Source: an uncultured bacterium
GTDB lineage: Bacteria; Patescibacteriota; Patescibacteriia; SG8-24; DYFX01
Assembly (NCBI GenBank): GCA_937900255.1
Contig: CALCDZ010000004.1
Span: 100,413-164,412, forward strand
Direction of reading: 5' to 3'
Length of the DNA: 64,000 nucleotides
Shown piece by piece: positions 35,700-43,822 of the stretch. The notes below the pieces were generated by a model that was given only the letters and a program-made list of their open reading frames with translations, was not told where the DNA came from and did not search any database. Within the stretch, counting starts at the first letter, position 1. Every line of letters starts with the position of its first letter. The position numbers and the translations under genes are program-made.

Positions 35700-37427
35700 A
35701 TGGCAGCTGACACGAAAGATGGGAAACTGATCGCGCTGATCTACGCCCGCGTTTCGACCATCCAGCAGGATTCTGAGAGCCAGGAACATCGGTGCAGACA
35801 ACGTGCGGATCAGAGTGGTTACGTTGTCGAGGAGGTATTTCCCGACAAGTTCACAGGCGGCGGCGATTTTTGGAAGCGCCCACAACTGAAAAGGCTTTTG
35901 AATCACATCGACAGGAATCCGCATAAAAAATATGTGGTCATTTTTGACGACCTCAAGAGGTTTGCGAGAGACACCGAGTTTCATATCAGGCTAAGGAACG
36001 AGTTTAAAAGCAGGGGCACGAAAGTTGAGTGTTTAAACTTCAATTTTGAGGATTCTCCTGAAGGTGAGTTTGTCGAGACCATGTTTGCGGCACAGGGCCA
36101 GCTTGAGCGTCAGCAGAACAGGAGACAGGTCATTCAGAAAATGAAAGCGAGGCTAGAACGCGGTTACTGGACTTTCGACGTGCCGCCAGGTTTGAAATAC
36201 ATTAATGATCCCGTGCATGGGAAAATCCTTGTCGCGGACGAACCCAAGGCCAGTATCATCCGTAAAGCTCTGGAGGGCTTTGCAGATAATACCTTTCCTA
36301 ACAGGGTTGATGTTCAAGCCTTTCTGGAGAGCCGGGGTTTTCTCCATCGTGAGAGGCACAAGTACGTGGGTCTTGAGCAGGTGAACCGGATTCTCAAAAG
36401 AGTCCTATACTCTCCATGCATCGAATATCCACACTGGGGTATTTCGAGGCGTAAGGGTCACCACCAAGCATTAATCAGCCTTGAGACCTTCGAGAAGATC
36501 CAGGAGAAGCTCAAGGGTACGGCTAAGGGATTGGCCAGAAAGGATTTGAACCTAGATTTTCCGGCCAGGGGATTCGTGGTTTGTTCGGGTTGCAGCAAGC
36601 CACTTACGTCCAGCTGGACGACCAAGCACAAGGGTCGTGAGGGTTACAGGAAGGCCTACTACCGCTGTCACAGGGCAGGGTGCCCCGAAAGGAACAGGGG
36701 CATCCCCAAAGAGGCGCTGGAGGGCAATCTGGGTGGGATTCTGGGCCAGGTGGGGGCTACGGAGGAAGTCTTGGCTCTGACTAAAGAAGTGGCCCTTGAT
36801 GCCTGGAACGAGCGCCATGCCTACTCCAAGGAGTCGGACGGTCAAAGGCTCATTGAGATCGCAAAGTTGGAATCAGAAATCAACATCTATCTTGAACGGA
36901 TTACCAAGACCAACACCGAGGCCGTCATTGGCGCATACGAAAAGAAGATCACGGAGCTGACGAACAAGAAACTGCTCTTGGAGGAAAAATCTAGCGGCGA
37001 CAATCAAGACACCGGCATTAACTTTGAAACCGCACTTGAGACCGTGTTTGAGTACATCAAAAACCCATACGCGATATGGACGAACGGGATTTTTGAAGAC
37101 AAGCGTTTGGTGCTCAGGATGATCTTCACTGGGCCGCTCACCTATAACAGAAAAACCGGCTTTGAAACTACCGGTTTTTCTCTGCCCACAATGCTTTTTC
37201 GGCATTCTGGGGCTTCGGATTTCGGTTTGGTGGAGATGGCGGGATTCGCACCCGCGTCTGGGGCATGTGGGACGGCGCGCACTACAGGCGTAGGCGACTC
37301 GGGTTTCCTGCGCCCGGAGGCGCGGGACGGAGCGCGGACTCGGAGTCGCCGAGATGCCCGCGTCCGTGACCTCGATCCAACCGTATCGCGCGCCTCGAGA
37401 CAGGACGCGCGGCGGATTTCCTTATGA
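35700..37427 (+). CDS. Large serine recombinase; C-terminal ~66 aa read from the antisense strand of tmRNA
   Basis: YARVST catalytic Ser, DDLKRFAR, recombinase domain, zinc ribbon CSGC..YYRC..C, coiled coil. Confidence 0.92.
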   Translation: MAADTKDGKLIALIYARVSTIQQDSESQEHRCRQRADQSGYVVEEVFPDKFTGGGDFWKRPQLKRLLNHIDRNPHKKYVVIFDDLKRFARDTEFHIRLRNEFKSRGTKVECLNFNFEDSPEGEFVETMFAAQGQLERQQNRRQVIQKMKARLERGYWTFDVPPGLKYINDPVHGKILVADEPKASIIRKALEGFADNTFPNRVDVQAFLESRGFLHRERHKYVGLEQVNRILKRVLYSPCIEYPHWGISRRKGHHQALISLETFEKIQEKLKGTAKGLARKDLNLDFPARGFVVCSGCSKPLTSSWTTKHKGREGYRKAYYRCHRAGCPERNRGIPKEALEGNLGGILGQVGATEEVLALTKEVALDAWNERHAYSKESDGQRLIEIAKLESEINIYLERITKTNTEAVIGAYEKKITELTNKKLLLEEKSSGDNQDTGINFETALETVFEYIKNPYAIWTNGIFEDKRLVLRMIFTGPLTYNRKTGFETTGFSLPTMLFRHSGASDFGLVEMAGFAPASGACGTARTTGVGDSGFLRPEARDGARTRSRRDARVRDLDPTVSRASRQDARRISL

Positions 37428-37639
37428 CACCGCGATCCGACTAGGAGATATCGTCGGGCGATGGGTCAGTCGCGCTTAGGCGAGGACCGGAGCGAAGGAC
37501 GGAGCGAACGCGTTGGCGAACGCCGTCTTCACTTTTGCGAGAACGTTGGCACGTAGTCGTTTGCCTTTTTATTCATGACGGGAAGGCTCCGTCAACCTGC
37601 GCGAGCCGGTCACGCGCTCCATCGAGTCTATTCATCCCC
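37228..37639 (-). ncRNA. ssrA: tmRNA
   Basis: GGGGATG/CATCTCC-ACCA acceptor with G3:U, T-arm GCGGG-TGCGAAT-CCCGC, internal tag ORF, immediately downstream of smpB. Confidence 0.95.
37476..37550 (-). other. tmRNA tag reading frame ANVLAKVKTAFANAFAPSFAPVLA*
   Basis: UA-NNN-G resume context (CUACGU GCC); hydrophobic C-terminal LA-stop. Confidence 0.8.
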
Positions 37640-37681
37640 GCCGCCGCCCTCCGAGCAGGGGAGCTGCGGCGGGGATGGAGG

Positions 37682-38131
37682 TCAGCGCCGCAGCTTGAGA
37701 GCGCCGCGGATCTGCCGGTCGATGTCGCGTTTCTTGATCGATTCGCGCTTCTCGTACTGCTTCTTGCCGCGCGCGACGGCGATCTCGATCTTGATGCGGC
37801 CAGACACCATATAAGCACGGAGCGGGATGATCGTCAATCCATCCTCCTCGCGTTTTCCGCGCAGGCGTTCGAGCTGGCGCTTGTGCAGGAGCAGCTTCCG
37901 GGAGCGTTCCGGGTCGTAGTCGGGCAGGGGACCGGCCTTGGGGTAGCGGGCGATGTGCGCTCCGACCAGCATCGCTTCGCCGCGGGTGAAGGCGACGTGG
38001 GCGCCTTTCAGCTTCAGGTGCCCGGTCTTGGCGGACTTCACCTCGTGGCCGTCCAGCACCAAACCCGCCTCGAGTTTCTCGAGAAGCTCATAGTCGTAGC
38101 GGGCGCGGTCGTTTGAGGCGAGGTCGTCCAT
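37682..38131 (-). CDS. smpB: SsrA-binding protein
   Basis: NDRARYDY..EAGLVLDGHEVKS, RKLLLHK, ARGKKQYEKRE. Confidence 0.97.
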   Translation of the reverse strand: MDDLASNDRARYDYELLEKLEAGLVLDGHEVKSAKTGHLKLKGAHVAFTRGEAMLVGAHIARYPKAGPLPDYDPERSRKLLLHKRQLERLRGKREEDGLTIIPLRAYMVSGRIKIEIAVARGKKQYEKRESIKKRDIDRQIRGALKLRR

Positions 38132-38192
38132 GGCACGCCCAGTGTAGCGATTTGCGGAACAGGCGTCTACGTGGTAGATTTTACGCGAAGAT

Positions 38193-39239
38193 ATGGCGGA
38201 AACAGGCTCGGAACGCCAAGCGCAGGTCATCACCATCTCGACCCTCACGATCGTGAAGGTCGCCGTTTTCGCCTTGGCGCTCGGGTTCCTCTACTTGATC
38301 CGAGACATCATCGCGCTCCTGTTCGTCTCGCTGGTCTTGGCGTCGATCATCAATCCGCTGGCCGCCTGGTTCCAGTCCAGGAAGATGTCGCGCGGAGCGG
38401 CGGTCCTGCTCGTCTATGCGGTCATCCTGGCCGTCATCATCGCCATCGTCACCGTCCTCGTGCCGGCCGTCGTCCTTGAAGCCCGCGACCTGATCAGGAA
38501 CGCCGACGCGATCTGGGCGAATTTCCTGGCGACGCTCGGTCCGCTGCGCGACTTCGTCGCCGCTCATGGCCTGAGCGACGACCTGGAGCAGGCGCTCACC
38601 GGCGCCAATGGGCTGGGTGCCGCCGCCGGAGGATTGGTCGCCACCATCCGCGGCTTGGCGACCGGCATCGTCTCGCTGATCGTCGTCTTGGTCGTCGCCT
38701 TCTACTTGGTGGTGTCGGAAGACGCCTTGAAACGCCTGTTCCGTTCTGTCGCTCCCGAGTCGTATCAGCCGTACCTGGTCGACCTGTTCCTGCGCATCGA
38801 GAAGAGCATCGGCGGCTGGGTGCGCGGACAAATGATCCTGAGCGCGATCATCGCCGTCACCGTCTACGTGGCGCTCAAGATCCTTGGGCTCAAGTATGCG
38901 CTGGTGCTCGCGATGACCGCCGGCGTGGCCGAATCGATCACCTACGTCGGCCCGGTCTTCGCCGCCATCCCGGCCATCCTGATCGGTTTCACGCAGTCGC
39001 CGCTCAAGGGCCTGATCGTCGCCGTCATGTACGTGCTCATCCAGCAGACGGAAAGCCATATCTTGGTGCCGAAGGTCATGCAGAAGGCGACGGGCCTCCA
39101 CCCGATCGTCTGCATCTTCTCGCTGCTCATCGGCGTCAAGGTCGCCGGACTGCTGGGCGCGCTCATGGCCATTCCCGTCGCCATGATGGCCAGCATCGTG
39201 TTCGGTGACGTGTTCCGTTCCGTCAAGCCGGAACGTTGA
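38193..39239 (+). CDS. AI-2E family transporter
   Basis: GGWVRGQ, ITYVGP, IQQTESHILVPKV, GLHP, GALMAIP. Confidence 0.92.
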   Translation: MAETGSERQAQVITISTLTIVKVAVFALALGFLYLIRDIIALLFVSLVLASIINPLAAWFQSRKMSRGAAVLLVYAVILAVIIAIVTVLVPAVVLEARDLIRNADAIWANFLATLGPLRDFVAAHGLSDDLEQALTGANGLGAAAGGLVATIRGLATGIVSLIVVLVVAFYLVVSEDALKRLFRSVAPESYQPYLVDLFLRIEKSIGGWVRGQMILSAIIAVTVYVALKILGLKYALVLAMTAGVAESITYVGPVFAAIPAILIGFTQSPLKGLIVAVMYVLIQQTESHILVPKVMQKATGLHPIVCIFSLLIGVKVAGLLGALMAIPVAMMASIVFGDVFRSVKPER

Positions 39240-39245
39240 AGTCAT

Positions 39246-40013
39246 ATGCGACGCTTTTTTTCCGCCATCCTGCCCATGCTGGGCGCCGCCGGTTTCGTCG
39301 CGTTCAGCGAGCTGTCGCTCGGACGCACGCACGAGTTCTTCTGGTGGAGCTTCGCCAGCATGGGGTGGGCTCTCGCGGCATTCGCGCTCCTCGCGCGCGG
39401 GAAGCTGCGCGGACGCCTGACGCCCGTCGCCGTACCGGCCATGGCCATGATCGCGGTCTCGAGCGTGGCCTCCCTGCTGTTCCTCGACCTGGTCGCCCCC
39501 CGGCACGCCTTCATCGCCGTCCTGGCGGTCGTGCTGTACCTGTTCCTCGAACACGTCCGACGCGAGACGCTCGCGGACGATCCGGAGGAACGCCTGTCGA
39601 TTTCCGAGTTCGCGCGCATGGTCAACATCGGTTCGCTCTTCCTGGTCGCGTCCGCCGGGCTCGGCGTCACGGCCTTCCTCCCGATCCAGCGCTGGTGGAC
39701 CATCCCGTTCATCGCCGCGATTTCCGCCCTGTGGAGCTGGCACCTGTACTTCGCTTGCGCGCATCCGCGCGTCCGGCCCCTGTCGCGGATGGGATTGACC
39801 GTGCTCATCGTCCTTGAGACCTACGTGGTGGCGCTTTCCCTTCCGACGCAGATGTTCGTGGGCGGCGCGGCGGTCGGCATTGTCTATTACCTGGCCGCCA
39901 ACCTCCTGCCGATCGGGGCGGGGGAGAACGTCCCATTGCCCCTGATACGCAAGTATGCCTTGTATGCCGGAGGCCTGCTCATCCTCCTGTTCCTAACGGC
40001 CCGCTGGGTCTGA
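39246..40013 (+). CDS. Multi-pass membrane protein
   Basis: 255 aa, about 8-9 hydrophobic segments. Confidence 0.75.
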   Translation: MRRFFSAILPMLGAAGFVAFSELSLGRTHEFFWWSFASMGWALAAFALLARGKLRGRLTPVAVPAMAMIAVSSVASLLFLDLVAPRHAFIAVLAVVLYLFLEHVRRETLADDPEERLSISEFARMVNIGSLFLVASAGLGVTAFLPIQRWWTIPFIAAISALWSWHLYFACAHPRVRPLSRMGLTVLIVLETYVVALSLPTQMFVGGAAVGIVYYLAANLLPIGAGENVPLPLIRKYALYAGGLLILLFLTARWV

Positions 40014-40017
40014 AACC

Positions 40018-41133
40018 ATGTCTTCAAGAAACGGAACCTCGATCGACGCCCTTTTGCGCATGATCGTCATACCGGTCGTGCTTGGCCTGGCTGCCGGAAT
40101 GGCCGGCGCTTTCGTCGCCGAGTCCTATCTGGCGATCTCTCCCTCGCCTTCCGAGGAGGCCGCCCTGCTGCGGATCGGCCGCCCGACGCCTCCGACGCCC
40201 GCTATCCTGGCGGAAGGTGAAGCGTCCGCTCGGCTGCACCGCCTCGATCTCCCGCTGTATCTCCGAAGGTCGCCTCAGGGGACGGATTCGGCGGATCAGG
40301 CCCGGGTGCCGCAGGAGGCCATCGGTTACGCGACCGTCATCACTTCCGACGGATGGATCGCCACGCATCAGTCCGTCCTCGCCCAAGGTCCGGTGCTCGT
40401 GGCGGTCGACGGCCGGCTGGTCGAACCGAAGACGCGCGTCGCCGATCCGCGCACGGGCATCGTCTTCCTGCGGATCGAGGCGGCCGACCTGCCGGTGCTC
40501 GGTTTCGAGGAGACGGAAACGCTGACGCACGGAACGTCCTTGTACGCCCAGGATCAGGAAGGGCTTTTCGCCGCGGCTCGTTTCGCGGGAAAGGTCCTGC
40601 CGGACCGCAAGATCGCCGGCAGCCTGCATGACAGCGACGCGTTCTCCTTGAACTATCGTCTTGACCGGCGGCTTGACGCCCGCGCCGTCGGAGGCGCCGT
40701 CATGACGTCCGGCGGCACGCTCTCCGGCATCATGGTGCCGGGCGTCTCCGGCGCGGACGCCTTCGTGCCCATGCACCTCATCCAGCCTGTCCTCTCCGAG
40801 ATCTTCCGCGGCGCTCCGCCGTCGCGCGCGCTGCTCGGCGTCCATTACCTGGTTCCCGGCGAGAACGCTTTCCTCGGCACGGGGCCGAGCCCGCTTCCGG
40901 GCGTCCGGCTGAGCGGCTCCCGCGCCGCCGGCCTTCCGGCCGTCAGGAGCGGATCGGCCGCGGACCGCGCGGGGCTCGAGGACGGTGACGTGATCCTGCG
41001 GATCGACGGGGCGGACTTGGGCGCGGGCCCGGACCTGGCCGAGTTGGTCGGGGAGTACGCGCCGGGCGCGAAAGCCCGCTTCGAGATCCTTCGCAAAGGC
41101 GAACGTCGCTCCTTCGATGTGACATTCGACTGA
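40018..41133 (+). CDS. HtrA/S1C-like PDZ protein, catalytically degenerate
   Basis: TM anchor; VITSDGWIAT; PDZ GSAADRAGLEDGDVILRIDG; GNSGG replaced by RAVGG. Confidence 0.8.
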   Translation: MSSRNGTSIDALLRMIVIPVVLGLAAGMAGAFVAESYLAISPSPSEEAALLRIGRPTPPTPAILAEGEASARLHRLDLPLYLRRSPQGTDSADQARVPQEAIGYATVITSDGWIATHQSVLAQGPVLVAVDGRLVEPKTRVADPRTGIVFLRIEAADLPVLGFEETETLTHGTSLYAQDQEGLFAAARFAGKVLPDRKIAGSLHDSDAFSLNYRLDRRLDARAVGGAVMTSGGTLSGIMVPGVSGADAFVPMHLIQPVLSEIFRGAPPSRALLGVHYLVPGENAFLGTGPSPLPGVRLSGSRAAGLPAVRSGSAADRAGLEDGDVILRIDGADLGAGPDLAELVGEYAPGAKARFEILRKGERRSFDVTFD

Positions 41134-41162
41134 GAAACGCGCTACACTAGGGGAGGAGGACT

Positions 41163-41813
41163 ATGACCCTGGACATCACGCAACTGCTCGAACGGCATTG
41201 GAAGACGATCGCCGTTTCCGCCCTCGTCACCATGGTGCTGGCCGCCGGGCTGAGTTTCGTGCGCCCGCTCGAGTATTCCTCGACCATGCGCCTCCTGATC
41301 ATCCAGCAGTCCGGCGTGAACCTCGACCCGTATACCGCCATCCGTTCGGCCGAGACGATCGCCAACAACCTGAGCCAGGTGATCTATACGTCCGTCTTCT
41401 ACGACAAGGTCACTTCGGCCGGATTCAACATCGACAAGAGCTATTTCGAGGCGAGCGAATCGAAGCGCCGCCAGCAGTGGACGCGCATGGTCGCGACCCA
41501 GGTCGCCCATGAGAGCGGTTTCCTCCAGGTGAACGTCTATCACAAGAACAAGGAGCAGGCGTCCGAGATCGCCCGCGCGATCGCTTTCGTGCTCACGACC
41601 GAAGGCAATTCCTTCATCGGCGGCCACGACCTCGAGATCCGGCTGGTGGACGCTCCGCTCCAATCCCGCTTCCCGGTCAGGCCGAATATCCCGCTCAACG
41701 CCTTCCTTGGAGCCGTCATCGGGGTCGTCCTGAGTTCTCTCTACCTGGTGGTCGGGGAGGCGCGTCGGCATCGGAAAGTCCGTTTCGCGGGAGCGCCGCA
41801 TCCTATCGAGTGA
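41163..41813 (+). CDS. Wzz/CapA-like polysaccharide chain-length protein
   Basis: N- and C-terminal TMs, P..YSS..RLLI, PVRPN..LN..LG. Confidence 0.82.
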   Translation: MTLDITQLLERHWKTIAVSALVTMVLAAGLSFVRPLEYSSTMRLLIIQQSGVNLDPYTAIRSAETIANNLSQVIYTSVFYDKVTSAGFNIDKSYFEASESKRRQQWTRMVATQVAHESGFLQVNVYHKNKEQASEIARAIAFVLTTEGNSFIGGHDLEIRLVDAPLQSRFPVRPNIPLNAFLGAVIGVVLSSLYLVVGEARRHRKVRFAGAPHPIE

Positions 41814-41880
41814 GCGGAAAGCGTCCAAAAAAGGACGTTTTTTCGTTTCAGGGGCCTCATCGCCTTTGCACATCGGGGAC

Positions 41881-41909
41881 TTGACAAAAAGCCGATTTCG
41901 TGTTTTAAT
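41881..41909 (+). promoter_or_regulatory. Sigma70-type promoter
   Basis: TTGACA-N17-TTTAAT with extended TG. Confidence 0.6.
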
Positions 41910-42098
41910 GCCGAGTCCATTGGGTCTTTGCCGCATGGACCAGCAGAAGCCCTGAAATCGCCCGACGCGGACCGGGAGGCACCTCCTCCTTGCCTTCCGG
42001 AAACCGTCGGGCGGTTCCAGCGCTTCTCTCCGCAATGTCGCGGGTTGAAGATAAGCTGGGGTACACTGACAACTGAACGAAGAAAAGAGAGGTGACCG

Positions 42099-42884
42099 AT
42101 GCGTCACGTCATCACGTGCATCATCGCGATCGCGTTGGCGCAGGGGGTTGCCCTGGCCGACGGTTTCGAACCGGTCTGCGTCCCGCAGCCCATCGTGGAG
42201 TGTGCGCCGGCCAAGCCGGTCAAGCCGGTCAAGCCGGTCAAGAAGACCGCGCCGCCGAAAGCGGAGAAAGCTCCGCCGCCGGCCAAGCCGGTCAAGACGA
42301 CCCCGAAGGTCGATCCTCCGGCGCCCGTCGTGAAGGTCGTCCCCGGTCCGCAAGGTCCGAAGGGCGACAAGGGTGACCGGGGACCGCAGGGTCTCCAGGG
42401 CCCGCCGGGCAAGGAGGGGAGTTCCGGCCGACCGGGGAAGGATGGCAACACGCGCATCCAAGTCGGGATCGGCGCGCGAGGCGCTTCCATCTTCACCCCA
42501 GGTCGGCCGATGGGAGCCAGCTTCTCTCCGGAGCTGCAGCTCGACTACTGGCTCTCGCCGACGGTCGAGTTCGACCTCGGCGTGGCCTGGGCCTTCGGCG
42601 GCGACCGTAACATGGTCGTGACCGCCGAGCTCTGCCGTCGCGGACTGAACTCGAAGTTCGGCTTCTGCTTCGGCGGCCAATACCAGGCCTGGAACCTCGA
42701 GGGCAATCTCGCCCGCTGGCAATCCGGCTTGGGCACGCTGGCTATCAAGTTCGTGCCGATCGAGACCGCGCACGTCGACCTCAGCATCGAGCTGGGCGCC
42801 GGTCTCGGGTTCGATGGGTACGACAAGTCGATGCAGTTCGCCGCCGGCGTGACCGGCGGGACGTCGCTGAGCGTCAAGTTCTAG
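42099..42884 (+). CDS. Secreted protein with Pro/Lys linker, collagen-like Gly-X-Y repeats and beta-strand-rich C-terminal domain
   Basis: Signal peptide; AKPVKPVKPVKK; GPQGPKGDKGDRGPQGLQGPPGKEGSSGRPGKDG; ends SLSVKF. Confidence 0.85.
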   Translation: MRHVITCIIAIALAQGVALADGFEPVCVPQPIVECAPAKPVKPVKPVKKTAPPKAEKAPPPAKPVKTTPKVDPPAPVVKVVPGPQGPKGDKGDRGPQGLQGPPGKEGSSGRPGKDGNTRIQVGIGARGASIFTPGRPMGASFSPELQLDYWLSPTVEFDLGVAWAFGGDRNMVVTAELCRRGLNSKFGFCFGGQYQAWNLEGNLARWQSGLGTLAIKFVPIETAHVDLSIELGAGLGFDGYDKSMQFAAGVTGGTSLSVKF

Positions 42885-42957
42885 GGCATGCCGGGAACGC
42901 GTTCAGCGACGCGTTCTCCATCCACATCATCCGTACCACCAAGACAGGAGTCATGTC

Positions 42958-43620
42958 ATGAAGCAGCTCACCGCGTTCGTGTTCTTCGTCCTTTCCATCG
43001 CCGCCTGCGCCCAGCGCAGCGACGGAACTGGCGGTCCCGTGTGCGGGAATGGCACGTGTCAGAACGGCGAAACGGCTCAGAGCTGTCCCGCCGACTGCAC
43101 GACCACCTCGTGCAACAACAACGGTACGTGCGATGCTGGAGAGGATCACGGGTCCTGCCCGAACGACTGCTCGGCCGACGAGCAGCCGCCCACGGGCAGT
43201 GATTCCTGGGTCTGTCGCGGATCGTTCCGCGGCGGGAAAGCGTACTTCTCCTGCAACCCGACCTACATCGCTGGCGCTCCGTCTACCGTCGACTTCGTGG
43301 GGGAGTGTCCCGCGCTCGGCCTCACCGGCTACTACGGCGCCAACGGTCATCATATCTCGGTCTCGCTCAACGACATGAGCGTGTACGAGGTCGAGGTGCC
43401 CGCGAGCGCCACGCCCGGCGTGGCCTGCGAGCTGACCTACGCGTACAAGAACTCGTCGGGTGTGATCGTCTGGGCTCAGTTCGGACCGAACAACGTGAGC
43501 CAGGCCGTCGCCGGGAACTACCGCGAGTGCGGTACCCGCAACAACATCTACGCCTGCGGGATGTTCTTCAAGCCCGTCGCGGGTCATATGCCGGCACCGC
43601 TCGGCTACTACCCCAACTGA
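42958..43620 (+). CDS. Cys-rich lipoprotein
   Basis: IAAC lipobox; CGNGTCQNGETAQSCPADC and CNNNGTCDAGEDHGSCPNDC. Confidence 0.82.
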   Translation: MKQLTAFVFFVLSIAACAQRSDGTGGPVCGNGTCQNGETAQSCPADCTTTSCNNNGTCDAGEDHGSCPNDCSADEQPPTGSDSWVCRGSFRGGKAYFSCNPTYIAGAPSTVDFVGECPALGLTGYYGANGHHISVSLNDMSVYEVEVPASATPGVACELTYAYKNSSGVIVWAQFGPNNVSQAVAGNYRECGTRNNIYACGMFFKPVAGHMPAPLGYYPN

Positions 43621-43694
43621 CAGCCGCAACCCACTCAACTCCGCAACCCGGCCCCGATCATCAGATCGAGGCCGATTCTTTTTGTCATGATATA

Positions 43695-43723
43695 TTGACA
43701 AAATAGCGTTTTCGTGCTATCAT
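43695..43723 (+). promoter_or_regulatory. Sigma70-type promoter
   Basis: TTGACA-N17-TATCAT with extended TG. Confidence 0.75.
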
Positions 43724-43822
43724 CCCTTCATGCTGTTGGGGTATTTTCCCCCGCAGTTGCCTTGAAAACACGGACAAAAACCGTCAGAAACCGGCCATGA
43801 AGGCCGGAAGAAAGGGTTTCAG

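Larger units (their letters stand above)
26606..37238. mobile_element. Integrative element inserted at the ssrA 3' end (~10.6 kb)
   Basis: TGGTGGAGATG direct repeat at 26606-26616 and 37228-37238 (last 11 nt of tmRNA); visibly lower GC; two recombinases, Xis-like HTH, Rep-like gene. Confidence 0.92.

Noticed and set aside
37529-37564. Apparent premature stop or frameshift in the tmRNA tag (GCA AAC GAC.. giving ANDYVPTFSQK*)
   Set aside because: The resume codon GCC at 37550 has the UA-NNN-G context and gives an uninterrupted tag ending in LA*, so no frameshift is needed.
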